Of a DNA stretch of 64,000 bases, positions 17,460 through 31,042 are shown one piece after another. Under the pieces are notes generated by a model. That model searched no databases. It was not told the DNA's origin and was given only the letters and a program-made list of their open reading frames with translations. A program made the translations under genes and the position numbers. Position 1 is the stretch's first letter. Every line of letters begins with the position of its first letter. Source of the stretch: Eledone cirrhosa (taxonomy: Eukaryota); NCBI GenBank assembly GCA_964016885.1, contig OZ024740.1, forward strand, positions 121,396,001 to 121,460,000. The letters run 5' to 3'.

Positions 17460-18225
17460 ACATAATCAAGGTTTAGCAAATAAGAAAAAGTTTCAAAATA
17501 AATTTTAAAAGTTTCACTGTACTCACTATGGTTACCTTCACCGAATCGGTTTCGAGTCTCAAAAATAAATGGACAGTCCTTGCGGCCTTCCATTGAAAAG
17601 ATAAACTCTCGTCAGAAGGGTCTTTTCACTCGGAGATAATAAAATTCCCGAGTTCAAATTACGAACTGGCGCTATTCAAAATTGTTCCAGAGATGAGAAT
17701 GATGTGGAAGCAATTCTGTTGAGTGCCGTGTGTAAATATAGAAGCAGAGGCATTTATTTTTGAGACTCGAAACCGATTCGGTAAAGGTAACTATAGTGAG
17801 TACAGTAAATCTTTTAAAATTTATTTTGAAACTTTTTCTTATTTGCTAAACCTTGATTATATAGGTTCTGTTTCGTTAATTTATTAACCTGCCATTGAAC
17901 CACATTGGCATATGGTTGGACAATACAAGTGTCCCTAGGCGCTTTCTGCGTGTAGGGATATATACTTTATTATTATTATACTCCTCTTGGTCGAGATAAA
18001 ATTTTGTCGTTCTGACTGCTGCTATTTATAGTGGAAGTAGACTGACCTCCCTGCCTCTGCTTCTATCTTTACACACGGCACTGGACAGAATTGCTTCCAC
18101 ATCATTTATTCTCATCTCGGAAACAATTTTGAATAGCGCCAGTTCGTAATTTGAACTCGGGAATTTTATATTCTCCGAGTGAAAAGACCCTTCTGACGAG
18201 AGTTTATCTTTTCAATGGAAGGCCG
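17460..18225. mobile_element. Inverted + circularly permuted copies of the 682-1045 hammerhead element
   Basis: 17460-17751 is a minus-strand copy (hammerhead ~17536-17620, cleavage triplet changed to GTG); 17752-18225 is plus strand with the hammerhead 3' half first (17761-17787) and the 5' half last (~18189-18225); (TA)n on both sides. Confidence 0.8.
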
Positions 18226-18268
18226 CATATATATATATTTATTTATTTATATACATATATAAAATCAC

Positions 18269-18372
<104 letters not shown>

Positions 18373-18602
18373 GCTAATTGGAAGAGGAAACGGTATATAT
18401 TTTATCTAATAATTCTAAGGACATGATTTATGATAAATATATATATATATATATTTATTTATTTATTTATGTTTGTTGATTCACCACTGGATAGAACGGG
18501 TCATTCCGTATGGTCAACCCGATAGTATAATAAACCTTTAGGAAATTATCCCAGTCCAGCCTCATGTTATTTTAAAATATATATATATAAATATATATAT
18601 AA

Positions 18603-18633
<31 letters not shown>

Positions 18634-19391
18634 ATAAAGTATGCCCATAGAATAATTTCATAATATATATACACCATTTGTTCTCCCAATTAGCATAATT
18701 AACCACATAAAAAATAAATTAGACCAGGCTATAAGAATAAAGGCTCCTATGAAGAAATATTTGATAAATAAAAGACAACAGCCTCTTCGCGGCCGACCGC
18801 AATAGAATATTTACCCAACATTTCAACACCACGTAGAAATCGACTAATTAAACCGTCAACCATTAACAGTTAGGCATAAAATTAAAGTTAGAAGGAATGC
18901 GTACACATTTACCATATATATATATCATTTTCTAATATATATATATATATATAGAAAAGATGAATATAAAATGAAAGTGCTTTTTTTAAAAAGGAATTTA
19001 TTAGGTATTGACATATGTTTCTGTAACAGACGGAATACCTATGTATCGCTGCTTGCGTAATCATATAATGTTGGCAAGTATTCGATAGCAAATGTATAAT
19101 CAGTTGTCACTTCTTCAGAGATTTTGGATAAATTGGATAAAATCAGAAAAATTGAAGTATTTATATTAGTAATAGAGAAAGAAGAGAGGGGATAGTATAT
19201 GACAGATGGTAATTCAATTTACTGCTAAACAAGTATATAAAGGATTTCTAATGAGAATACCAAGAGTAAATGGTTCATGTAACGATATATTATCACTACA
19301 TTATTGATAACCTGAAATTTTATATATATATAGCATGGCCTCAGCCGGATGGCTGAAACAGGTAAAAGAGTAAAAGAGAATATATATATAT

Positions 19392-19590
19392 ATAGGAACG
19401 AGGAGGACCCAGACGGCTGAGCTCAAGCCGTTTCGAGGGCTAATTCTGGACTAAATTTAGTCCAGAATTAGCCGTCGAAACGGCTTGAGCTCAGCCATCG
19501 GGGTCCTACTCGTTACTATTACCCACTCTACTACGCTAAGTATTGAGTGCGTTATGGTCCACCTGGTTCCTTACCACATTTCCTTCATTA
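19392..19590 (+). mobile_element. Fold-back palindromic micro-insertion of a PLE terminus in (TA)n
   Basis: ~128-bp near-perfect palindrome centred at 19455/19456 containing hammerhead 3' half GAAACGGCTTGAGCTCAGCC(A/G)TC; same family as 42007-42170. Confidence 0.8.
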
Positions 19591-19722
19591 TATATATATA
19601 TATATATTTAGACATATATTAGAAAATGATTTTTTTTCACAAAATGAAAAGAAAAACGAGACGTTCTACACAAGTGAATGTATATAGAAAAAAGACGAAG
19701 TCGAAAATATGTATTCGTATAC

Positions 19723-19870
<148 letters not shown>

Positions 19871-19879
19871 GAAATATAA

Positions 19880-22390
19880 GAATCAAAGAACTGTTCAAAA
19901 CATTATTGTGCTTACAGCTGTTTCCTCGAAACCGAGGTTTGGATTCTTCGGAGCAATTTATTAATGAATGGACAGTTATATGACCTCCTTTTCAGTCAAG
20001 AGACATACCGATACATATGCAAATATTGTGGGTCAACATTCATTGCAGCATTTAGAGTGGCAGTACACACTTCGAGATTACATTCATAATAAAAGGTACA
20101 ATCAAAAATCAAAAATACAGGTTAGAATACAACATGAAGGTAAGCGGTTATATAGTGCAAATGTTATATGTGTGGCAAGCACGTGCGTCTTGTTTATATA
20201 GTGTGGCAGAGAGATATGTGTGGTAGGAGCACTTAGGTAGGTAAAGAAGAGTGTTAGGTTGGTTGATCTGGTGGGAAATTCTTTATATGATTGTTATAGT
20301 CCGTGTGTGGAGAAAAGATATAAGCATTAAAAATAGTGCAAGCATTAAAAGTATTAAACGTATTGGAGATGCACAGCGAAGGGATGACAAGGACCTCATG
20401 TACTTCGACATTTTCATGGTCAGAGGAGTGTATTCTTCGATTATATGCCCCTCACATAATCCACGGCAATTCTATATTGAGCGTTTGACAATCCAGTTAG
20501 AGAATCGTAGTCCGATGTTCTTTAGTTCAATACAGGAGGCTGTTACGTTTCGCGAAACGACATTGAATACAACCCGGAAGTGTGTGTGTGGCTAAGGGGA
20601 GTTAATGCATGAGGGGAGGTAACTCCGGGGTTTCTATACCTAGCTATTGAAATGTCTCAATATAGACCCTAATTTCTATGGTTATGCGCAACTTCCAAAA
20701 AATTCCTAAAGCATAAAGTGTTTTAACTATAGAGTAGTTTATTAAGTTGTGCTGAAGGTGTTCGTATTATTATGGTGAATTAACCCCCATCCTAGGGTGC
20801 CACAAATGAATATTATAGACGATGAGCGAGGATTCTAAATTAATGATCCCTGTGGTTGTACCCTACTCGTAGGACCAGGCCCGGTGATTGCAGAATCACT
20901 TCAAGACACAATGATCTCTGGTAAGTTCTGGGTCATCGCTTGCTACATTGGATGTCGAAAGGTAATCATCATCAGGGCCGGCCAGAGGTCAATCCGCAGT
21001 CCTCATGACCCCACTCAGACCATCAAATCATCCATATATGTACAACCCGCACGGCAGTTGCAATACATTCATTCTCTGCACTCAGCGTCCTGGTCCTACT
21101 GCTCGACAGCGTTACTAGATTAAATCGTTTTTCATCTGTCTAAGGAAGGTACTTCCTCCGCACAACACCACCAAACTAATCAATTCATGTTTAAATTACC
21201 TATAGAGCGGTGTTGTGCAGTTCAAGTAGGAGGGTGTTGTCACCCCTAACGTAGAGGTATAAATGGGTATTCTCCCAGCGAAGGGTTCCGGAGGGATGTC
21301 GTAGTTTGTGTTATATTAGATCAGTTAGTGTTGTGTATGCGGTATAAGGTGTGCCCCTGGTGTTTGATGCTAGATGTGGTGTTTGGTTCAAGTCCGACAT
21401 TGCTATATATTGGGCTTAAAGTTTTGGAAGGAATGTCTGAAGCGGTGCTGGCAAGTTGCAAACACCTCAGATTTTTTGTTAAGTAGGTTACGGTTGGAGA
21501 AGATAATATTGTGGGTCTCTAGTATACAGAGGTTACAAAATTTATTAGGTGGTTTGTACGAAGTCGCGCTGCCTATCACTTCCCATTTGAGTGTGTATGG
21601 TTTATTTTTAGTTTTTAGATAGTGTATGTAGCTAGATAGTGAGGTGGAGTTGGCTAGGCTGTGCTTTTTGAACGAGTGGATGTGCGAATTATATCTGATT
21701 TTGAAGCTGTTAGAAGTGGAGCCTACATAGCATAGGTTTCTGAAGAGTTGCTAGTTGTGACGGTGCATGAGTATATGATATCCTTGGTTAGGCATTTTTT
21801 ATCCAAAGGGCAGGTTCTATTAGCTCTACAGTTACAATTATCCTGTGTGTTAGTCTGCTGGTTATAATGCAGTGCAGAAGTCTGGGTGGTAGCTATAGGA
21901 TTTTGGACATTCGGGTTGTCAATCCCGGTATTATTTCTTATACTAGTGTTATTTCTATTGTTACTGCCGTTACTATGGTTGCTTGCTACAGAGGTATTTA
22001 GAAGGTTTGGATCCTGTTGTCATTTCGTTTGTTGGAAGTAAGAATTAATTTTATTTTTATTGCTGCTAGCTATGTGGTATGCTAAGTTCGGCGTCGTAGA
22101 GTATGAGATTTTAATAGTGTTTTTGATTAAAAGGTTGTGGTACTTGTGTCCTAGAGGGAAGTTTTTATCTAGTAGTGAGAAGAAAGCCCTAGGTATTTAG
22201 GTTGAAAGGAGGGTTGAAAAATATATTATTTCTTCTTCAATTTTTGCTTTTAGTGTTTGGTGTGTTGTTTCTTCCTACGGCACCACAGTAGTTTCCGTGG
22301 TAATGGCTACTTCCGGTGGCACCCTCCGCTTTGGTGTACTTGTGGTTGCTATTCCTATTATTAGGTTTCCTCATGGACATGTTGTGCGAG
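19880..22390 (-). mobile_element. 5'-truncated PLE: linker + GIY-YIG + ~1.5-kb 3' region
   Basis: Minus: IFFNPPF, NFPLGHKYHNLL, IKISYSTTPNL, CNCRANRTCPLDKKCLTKDIIYSC, YVGSTSNSFKIRYNSH, FCNLCILE, LNKKSEVFATCQH; stop ~21402; (TA)n on both sides. Confidence 0.88.
19909..19955 (-). ncRNA. Degenerate type I hammerhead (core CCGAAGA)
   Basis: TGCT-CCGAAGA-...CCTCG GTTT CGAG-GAAA-CAGCTG-TA-AGCA; stem I and palindromic stem III intact, one core substitution. Confidence 0.6.
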
Positions 22391-22397
22391 ATGATGT

Positions 22398-22482
<85 letters not shown>

Positions 22483-22868
22483 CACACGCACGTATATATA
22501 TATATATAAATACAAATAAATGATGGAGAATCGGAACTTCGGCCCACGAAATAACGAAACATAATCTTCGAAATATGTGGCAAAGTGCTCAATAGTTTGG
22601 GTGAACCAGAGGTATAACTAACGTTTAATACCAACACACTGAGACGATGCTTAAACAATCATTCGCACAGCCGAAAACACGACCAAGAAAATTCGGGTCA
22701 GGCAAATAAAAATATATATGAATGAAAAATGTATATATATATATATATATATATAAATATATATATATATGCGTGTGTATTTTTTTATATATGTATATAA
22801 ATATGCATGGATGTATGTACTGTTGTATGTGTATGTATATATATATATATATATTATACATATAAACA

Positions 22869-22984
<116 letters not shown>

Positions 22985-23066
22985 GTAAAATTTGAACAGG
23001 AACAAAACAGAGAGGCAGTACAACGAATGTTTATTAATTTCACGCTCTTGAGAGTGGGGTGGTGGT

Positions 23067-23104
23067 GGGGAACGACGTTTCGGGCATAAGGCCTTTTTCA
23101 GGTG
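23067..23104 (-). ncRNA. Degenerate Penelope-type hammerhead motif
   Basis: CTGAAAAAGGCCTTATGCCCGAAACGTCGTT within a short insert between (TA)n tracts; core G and stem I are eroded. Confidence 0.4.
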
Positions 23105-23222
23105 AAAAGTGTGTGGGAAGAGAGTTCAAAGAGTGTGTAGGGGAGTGGTGGAGAGACATATAGCGAAAAGGGGGTGGGAGGAAACGGTGCGAATGAAATT
23201 AAAAATTAAAAAAAAATATATG

Positions 23223-23429
<207 letters not shown>

Positions 23430-26400
23430 GTGTGTGTGTCTGTGTGAGTGTGTGTGTATGTGTGTGTGTATTCCTTTCCCTGTGCTACCTGTGTGTGTTT
23501 GAATGTACGTATATTCAAATCATGGAGATATGAAAAAAGAAAATTCCTCTAAATTATTTATTGCCATCTAACTTTACCTTTATGATACTTATCATTTTAA
23601 AATATAGCCTGTCCTTATTGTTCTGTTTCAAACATATACTTTTTGCAACTAGATGTTTCTAAACTATGTTATATTTAAATTGACATGTATCGTTTCACCA
23701 GAAACAAGTAAATGATTAAAAAGTAACGTTTTTGAGAGAGTATACTTAATAAAAATATAGTTTATCGACATATTACCAGTAGATATAGGATGTTAGAATA
23801 GACAATTGCTTGTTTCAGCTGAAATTTGTAACGAGCTTGCAGAATGTATTCTGTGATATTTTCTGATTTAGTGTAATTTTATGGATATTGATTCTTAATT
23901 TCATTTTCTATTCATCTCCCCAAACGATTTTCATGGCCAAAATTACATAGCAGAATAAATTCAATTTACTTATCAGATGATTCAACATATTGAAATTAAA
24001 AGTATGAGTATGTATTCTCTCAATTCGTGTAATGAAAATATAGTAGTATTAAAACACCTATAACCCCAGTAAATAACACACCCACGAAGAAACTATATGA
24101 TGAAAGGAATGTAGCGGAAAGAAAACAAACCCATATATATATGTAAATGGTCAAAATTATTCATTATCTTTCGAGGAGTTTTGTTTCAATATTATTCATA
24201 GTTAATAAACACTTACTTACTAATTAACACGTTTTTAGTTTTTCCATGGTATATGTCAGAACAGTGTCTATATTTCATGATGTTGGAAAAATACAGTTAG
24301 TCATTTGATCAACTAGAATGATAATATATTTATTCATATTCAATTAAACATATTTACAGACAGAAAGATGCAAATACAAGGAGAAACAAGAGGATGTGAA
24401 ATATATAGCTAAATATTGTATTGGGTGGAGACATACATTACACGTTCGCGCGAGATGGCGAAAGCGTTGCGACTGAGAATAGCCAGCGATATTCGCTGTA
24501 TTAGCCATTCTACTTCACAAGTCTTCTTCCCCATGCGAGAAGTACTCTTCTATATTTGGCATGAGAAAATTGCATTCGATGACCGACGGTATTAGTGATT
24601 TTCATGAAACATTCTTTTGCTAGTTAGAAGATTATTCTAATGCTTCTTTAATCATGGAGGATTGCTGACATGGAGTAATCGTATACTTGTATAATGGGTT
24701 AAATTTGAATACTATGATGTTTCTCTTGTACCTTTTTTAAGTGGCAACTTAAGAAGCACTTGTCTGGGGAAACAAAACTAACAATATTCGACCATATTTG
24801 TTCATAGAATATCTTACCATTCATATTCAACGACTTTTCTCAGATACCTAATTTATCTGGGAATAGTCGTGACATTTTCATGGAACAAGAAAACTGTTCA
24901 GAAGAAACTATGCTATTTTACCTCCTACAGATCAGTAAATTATTTTCCGTCTCATACATTTACTATGAAATTCGTTTAAGTAAAGTTGATAGACCAAATC
25001 GCATTATTGGGCTCTATATACTATTCAAGTTTGTGCCCAGAAAAAAAGACGATACACTCGCAGATATATTTCCAAAAGCGCAGCACATTTTTTAAATTTT
25101 GTTATCTATATATACATAACATGTTGGCTAAAATATATATAGTTATATTGCAGAGAAATGTAGGGCATGTGAAATAGTTTTGTGTCGTGACGCTGTATCG
25201 CTGTACATTAACGAATCTTCAGATTAATTGGCGCAAACATGTTTGATCCTCACTAGAATAATCCATGAACAAAATATCCCGACTCGTATTGACACCGTGA
25301 TTAAACAGCGAAGATTCGCGTAAATGGCTATTAAATATGAAACGTAAAATTAATGCTTTAAGTTGGGCTGTTTACAAAGGGAATAGCAGAATATTTTTCT
25401 TATTTGTTTAAATGTCCACAGCAAGGTTTTAAAGAGTAGTTACAATTGTATTAGATTTATTTTAACACTTTTGATAAACGCCTATTTGTGCATAGATATA
25501 TAATATTTACTTAATTACACCATCGGCAAGGGAGCACATTATGCAATTTAGACTTGTCATGTCATTTAAAGTATAGGTTTTGAGTGAAGTAAATAGCGTT
25601 TGTGTATATCTATCCGTGTGAACGGACGGATGAGATGGATGTCCAATATGCCACGAAAACTGTCTACTTATGTAATGCTTACATATATAAAGACATAGGA
25701 AAGTTTCTTAGTTATTAGAGAACTGGATATGTAATCGTGATGTTGCAAGTTTGATTCCCGGACAGAGTGATACGTTATGAACTAGACATATATTTCACGT
25801 TGCCATTTCTGTCAAACATTGCCACCGGTAGATAGTATCAGCAACGGAATGACCATTTGAGACATTGTTCCCTTAGCACGAGTTGACGCGTTCCTTACCG
25901 CTCCGTAAGCGAAGGATGTCTGGAATTGTATTGATCATTTCTATATATGTACACAAATGATCACGCACGTAAGCATAACTAATGGCATACGTACAGAATA
26001 TACAGCCATGGTATACGAGGATGATGTAACATAATATATATATAGATAGATAGATTAGAAAGAATGAAAGCATATTTCATGATATATATTGAGTAAGGCA
26101 AAAGTGGGAAAGATGCATGGTATGTTTAATTTTTTAAGGAAAAAGAAAAAGAAAAGATTGGCAGGAAAATAGAAAGAAAGATACATAGTAAATATAATGA
26201 TATGCACACAATTTAACTATATCTGGCAACAATGCGAAAATACTTTCGGTAAATATACACAATTGCACAATGTCTGATACAAGAATTATTTTTACAGGAA
26301 GGAACAGGAGATACTCTATTATTAAATAGTTAAATATAGTTAACATATTATTGATAATCTAGCTATTACTTGAGCATTTTACTTTCAATCAAGACGTTTA

Positions 26401-26839
26401 CACTATCGATTTTCATGCTGAAAAGTTTCAATCCTTTTTCACAATATTTCTTCATATATACTCATCATTGGGATATGTTGCCAACATCAAAGTCTCTATG
26501 GTTGAACTCTTTTCAAATATGCTATCCCCATTTGATCCTGATATTTACAGATATTTCTAATTTATCTTCCGTTAGTAAATTTTAGAATGTTCAAACACAT
26601 ATTAACTACTGTTCCATATAGTGGAAATCTAATCGAACACTTCAAAATGTTTGAAATACTTGAAAGAGTTAAAATGAATTATTGATGAAAAGTATAGCGT
26701 AGAATTTATAATAAAGAAATCCATGTTATTTATCTCAATCAGTCCTTAAGAATTGTGATCTTCGCACAATAGTTTAATTATTTTCACAAAAGATCATATG
26801 CAGATATTATTTCCAATTACTTACACCTTATATACAACC

Positions 26840-27110
26840 AAGGTGAAGACACGTGGCTTCGTATTCAAGTTGTATAGCCCAAGATCATAAAGTTGTAATT
26901 TCGGTTCCCGGAAGCGCGTTATGAGTAGCAACATACTATATTTCACGTATCTGCAGTCTTCTCAATTGGAAAAATAAATTTCACCTGTAATTCAAAGGGC
27001 CAACATTGTCACACATTATGCTACGCTTAATCTCCATTAGAATTAGGTTAAACTATGACATGTGTTTGTAGGATGCGGTGGAAAATGTACGTTAATTCTA
27101 CAAGGTAGGT
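26840..27110 (+). mobile_element. Old tRNA-related SINE remnant (relatives at ~25720-25810, ~28530-28700, ~42735-42950)
   Basis: GGTGAAG.CACGTGGC...TTCCCGG...TATTTCACGT...TGTAATTCAAAGGG...TTGTCACAC blocks recur in degenerate form. Confidence 0.45.
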
Positions 27111-29069
27111 ATTACGTATTTTAATTAAATAGAATACAAGTCTTTGGAACCGATGTAAGTCCAATAATCAGCATATGTTGACAGGGTCTTCAGATTCTTT
27201 TAAAAAAAATACTATGGTTGGAAATGCCGACCCTCATCAAACAGATATGATCAAAATGTTTCCGAGACAGAGGGTCTATCTGAAACTAAATTATCTAATA
27301 TATCCTTCTTTGTGAACTATTAAATGTAATGTGAGTGACATTTGGTTGCCTTTTCTAATAAGTAGATTATCCAGATGAAGAATTTAATTCGCATATTTTG
27401 ATCTTGAAGTAAAATGGTTTCATCAGTCTTTTTGCTTTTACATTCTACACCTTTTGTAGAGTACCTTTCCTCCTCGCTCACTTATTTCGGAGTCATGGGC
27501 AGAATCCTCAAACACACCTTCTACCGGATCCTGTCAGAAGCAACCATCTCCAATGAATTCGGCTAGTTCCCTAAGCGTAACAAACCAAGCACATGGATGT
27601 TACGCAACCGAACTGCTCGGCGTCTAAATCTGGACTCCTGCCGGTTTGTTTTGCCCGTAAAATCTGTCTAACATTTTTGTGCCTGAGACATTCTAACCAC
27701 ACGCCCATTTTATCGGAGTTGTGGTCTCTTAATTGAGAGGGATTCTCTGATCTCCATGCTGCGCAATTTATCTTCAAGTAAATGAAACCAATTCCACGTG
27801 CGTTGCGCTAATCGGTAAACAGTGTATTGTCCATGATGGACTCTTTCCTTTGTTATTTTGCGGACACTGAAAGCTCGTCTACTTTCTCAAGGAAAGAGGA
27901 AGTGAGTCACGTTTCTCCTTGCGTATTCTTGGTCATCTGCCTCGAGAAAGGAGAATAACAACTTTGTGACAGAGCACTGTTAGCATTTCAGCTGTATGTT
28001 AATTTCTTCCCTGTCCAAAGTTTACCTCTTATTAACAATGGTATCAAACCACTTCAAATGCAAGTGATGGTATTTATATTATTTTCAATATATTATTTTG
28101 GCAAAAGTGTGTGTGATAAGTTGTATTGTTGTTTGAGGTAACATTATGTCTACATTAGAATTTTCTGTACAAAAAAAAAGGAGAATCATCCTTTTCTTCT
28201 CCTTGTAAATTGTTTACGATTTGATGTATAATCATGCTTGCTTTCGTTTTCTTTTTAGTCATATTTGTTTTATTTCTCTCTTTTTCCTTCCTTCTCAAAT
28301 ATCTTTTCATTGATTTTGTTGTGCTGTTGCATTCAACTCGACGTTCGGAAGGCTAGTAATGATTGTGGACGCAGTACTATTAAGTTGTTTGAAAGATCGC
28401 TTCGTAATCATATAGGGTCAACAGCATAATATTTTTGCTAACTTTCATTTACCAAAATTTCTCATTAACTTGTGTCTCGTGGATGAAACTGTGTGTGTAT
28501 AAAATGCTTGAAATCGTGCCGGTTAGACTGTACATGTAATTCGAAAAGGAAAAACTTGTCACTTATTGAATCTACGAGATAATTTCGTTAATGGTACTCG
28601 TATCTTTGGAATGATCAAATATCTGTATGTTAATGTCATGAGCATTGCTATAAATGCAAAATTTATTGTAGAATCGACAGGGGTCTACGCATGTACTTAA
28701 AATGTTGGTTGAAGGTTGAGTTTGGCTAACAATATCTGAAAAGGACCAAGCTATTTTCTCTAGGATTATGGGAGAAATATCCAGACATGTACCGTATATA
28801 TTATATGTTTTTAACGAAATGTTTACTTCCAGTTGCGCTTGTTTACAAAACTAAATTCTGCAGAGTGAAAAGTCGCACATCTTTCGTCTACTATAGATAC
28901 AGACAACGAAAACAACAAAAATAACATCGACACTTAATTTCTAATTTAGGCACCAGGCTTAATCAGAAAGAAAATGACCATAAGGGATTTTGGTTGAGGC
29001 TCTATTCTGTCATACAAACCACCTGCAAACAGCAATAAAAGCAACAATAATAATAATAATAATAATAAT

Positions 29070-29435
29070 GAAATTATCGTGCCTGATTGTGGATGAGGCC
29101 TGCCCATTCGACACGAGAGTGCAAGAGAAGGAGAGGGAGAAAATTAACCGATACCAGGACTTAAAGTGGGAGGTAAAAAGGATTTGGAACTGCCATGAAG
29201 TCAAAGTGGTCCCGATTGTCATAGGCGCACTAGGTACTATCTCAAGGAGTTTCCAGGGATGGTTAAAGAAAATTGGCCCCGCCCCGCTTTTTGGAACACT
29301 TCAAAAGGCATGCTTGCTGAGAATGGCAAGAACCCTCCGATACGTCCTGAATATCTGAGGCTGCAGGTAGTGGCTTGATATTCATTTCAACAAACTTTCC
29401 AGTTATCTAACATCAATGACTGAGACTCAAAGAAC
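29070..29435 (+). mobile_element. Severely 5'-truncated R4/Dong-like non-LTR retrotransposon (family B) between (TAA)n tracts
   Basis: SCLIVDEACPFDTRVQEKEREKINRYQDLKWE...VPIVIGALG (REL endonuclease end) plus 3' UTR nearly identical to 40230-40307; TAA arrays at 29046-29068 and 29436-29536. Confidence 0.9.

Positions 29436-30948
<1,513 letters not shown>

Positions 30949-31041
<93 letters not shown>
30949..31041 (+). repeat. (TAA)n microsatellite, target/tail of Dong-like elements
   Basis: Pure TAA array separating two family A copies. Confidence 0.95.

Positions 31042-31042
<1 letters not shown>

Noticed and set aside
27480-27960. Possible LINE endonuclease remnant (ARGIGFI on the minus strand)
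   Set aside because: Only one short motif; other APE motifs were not found in the expected order
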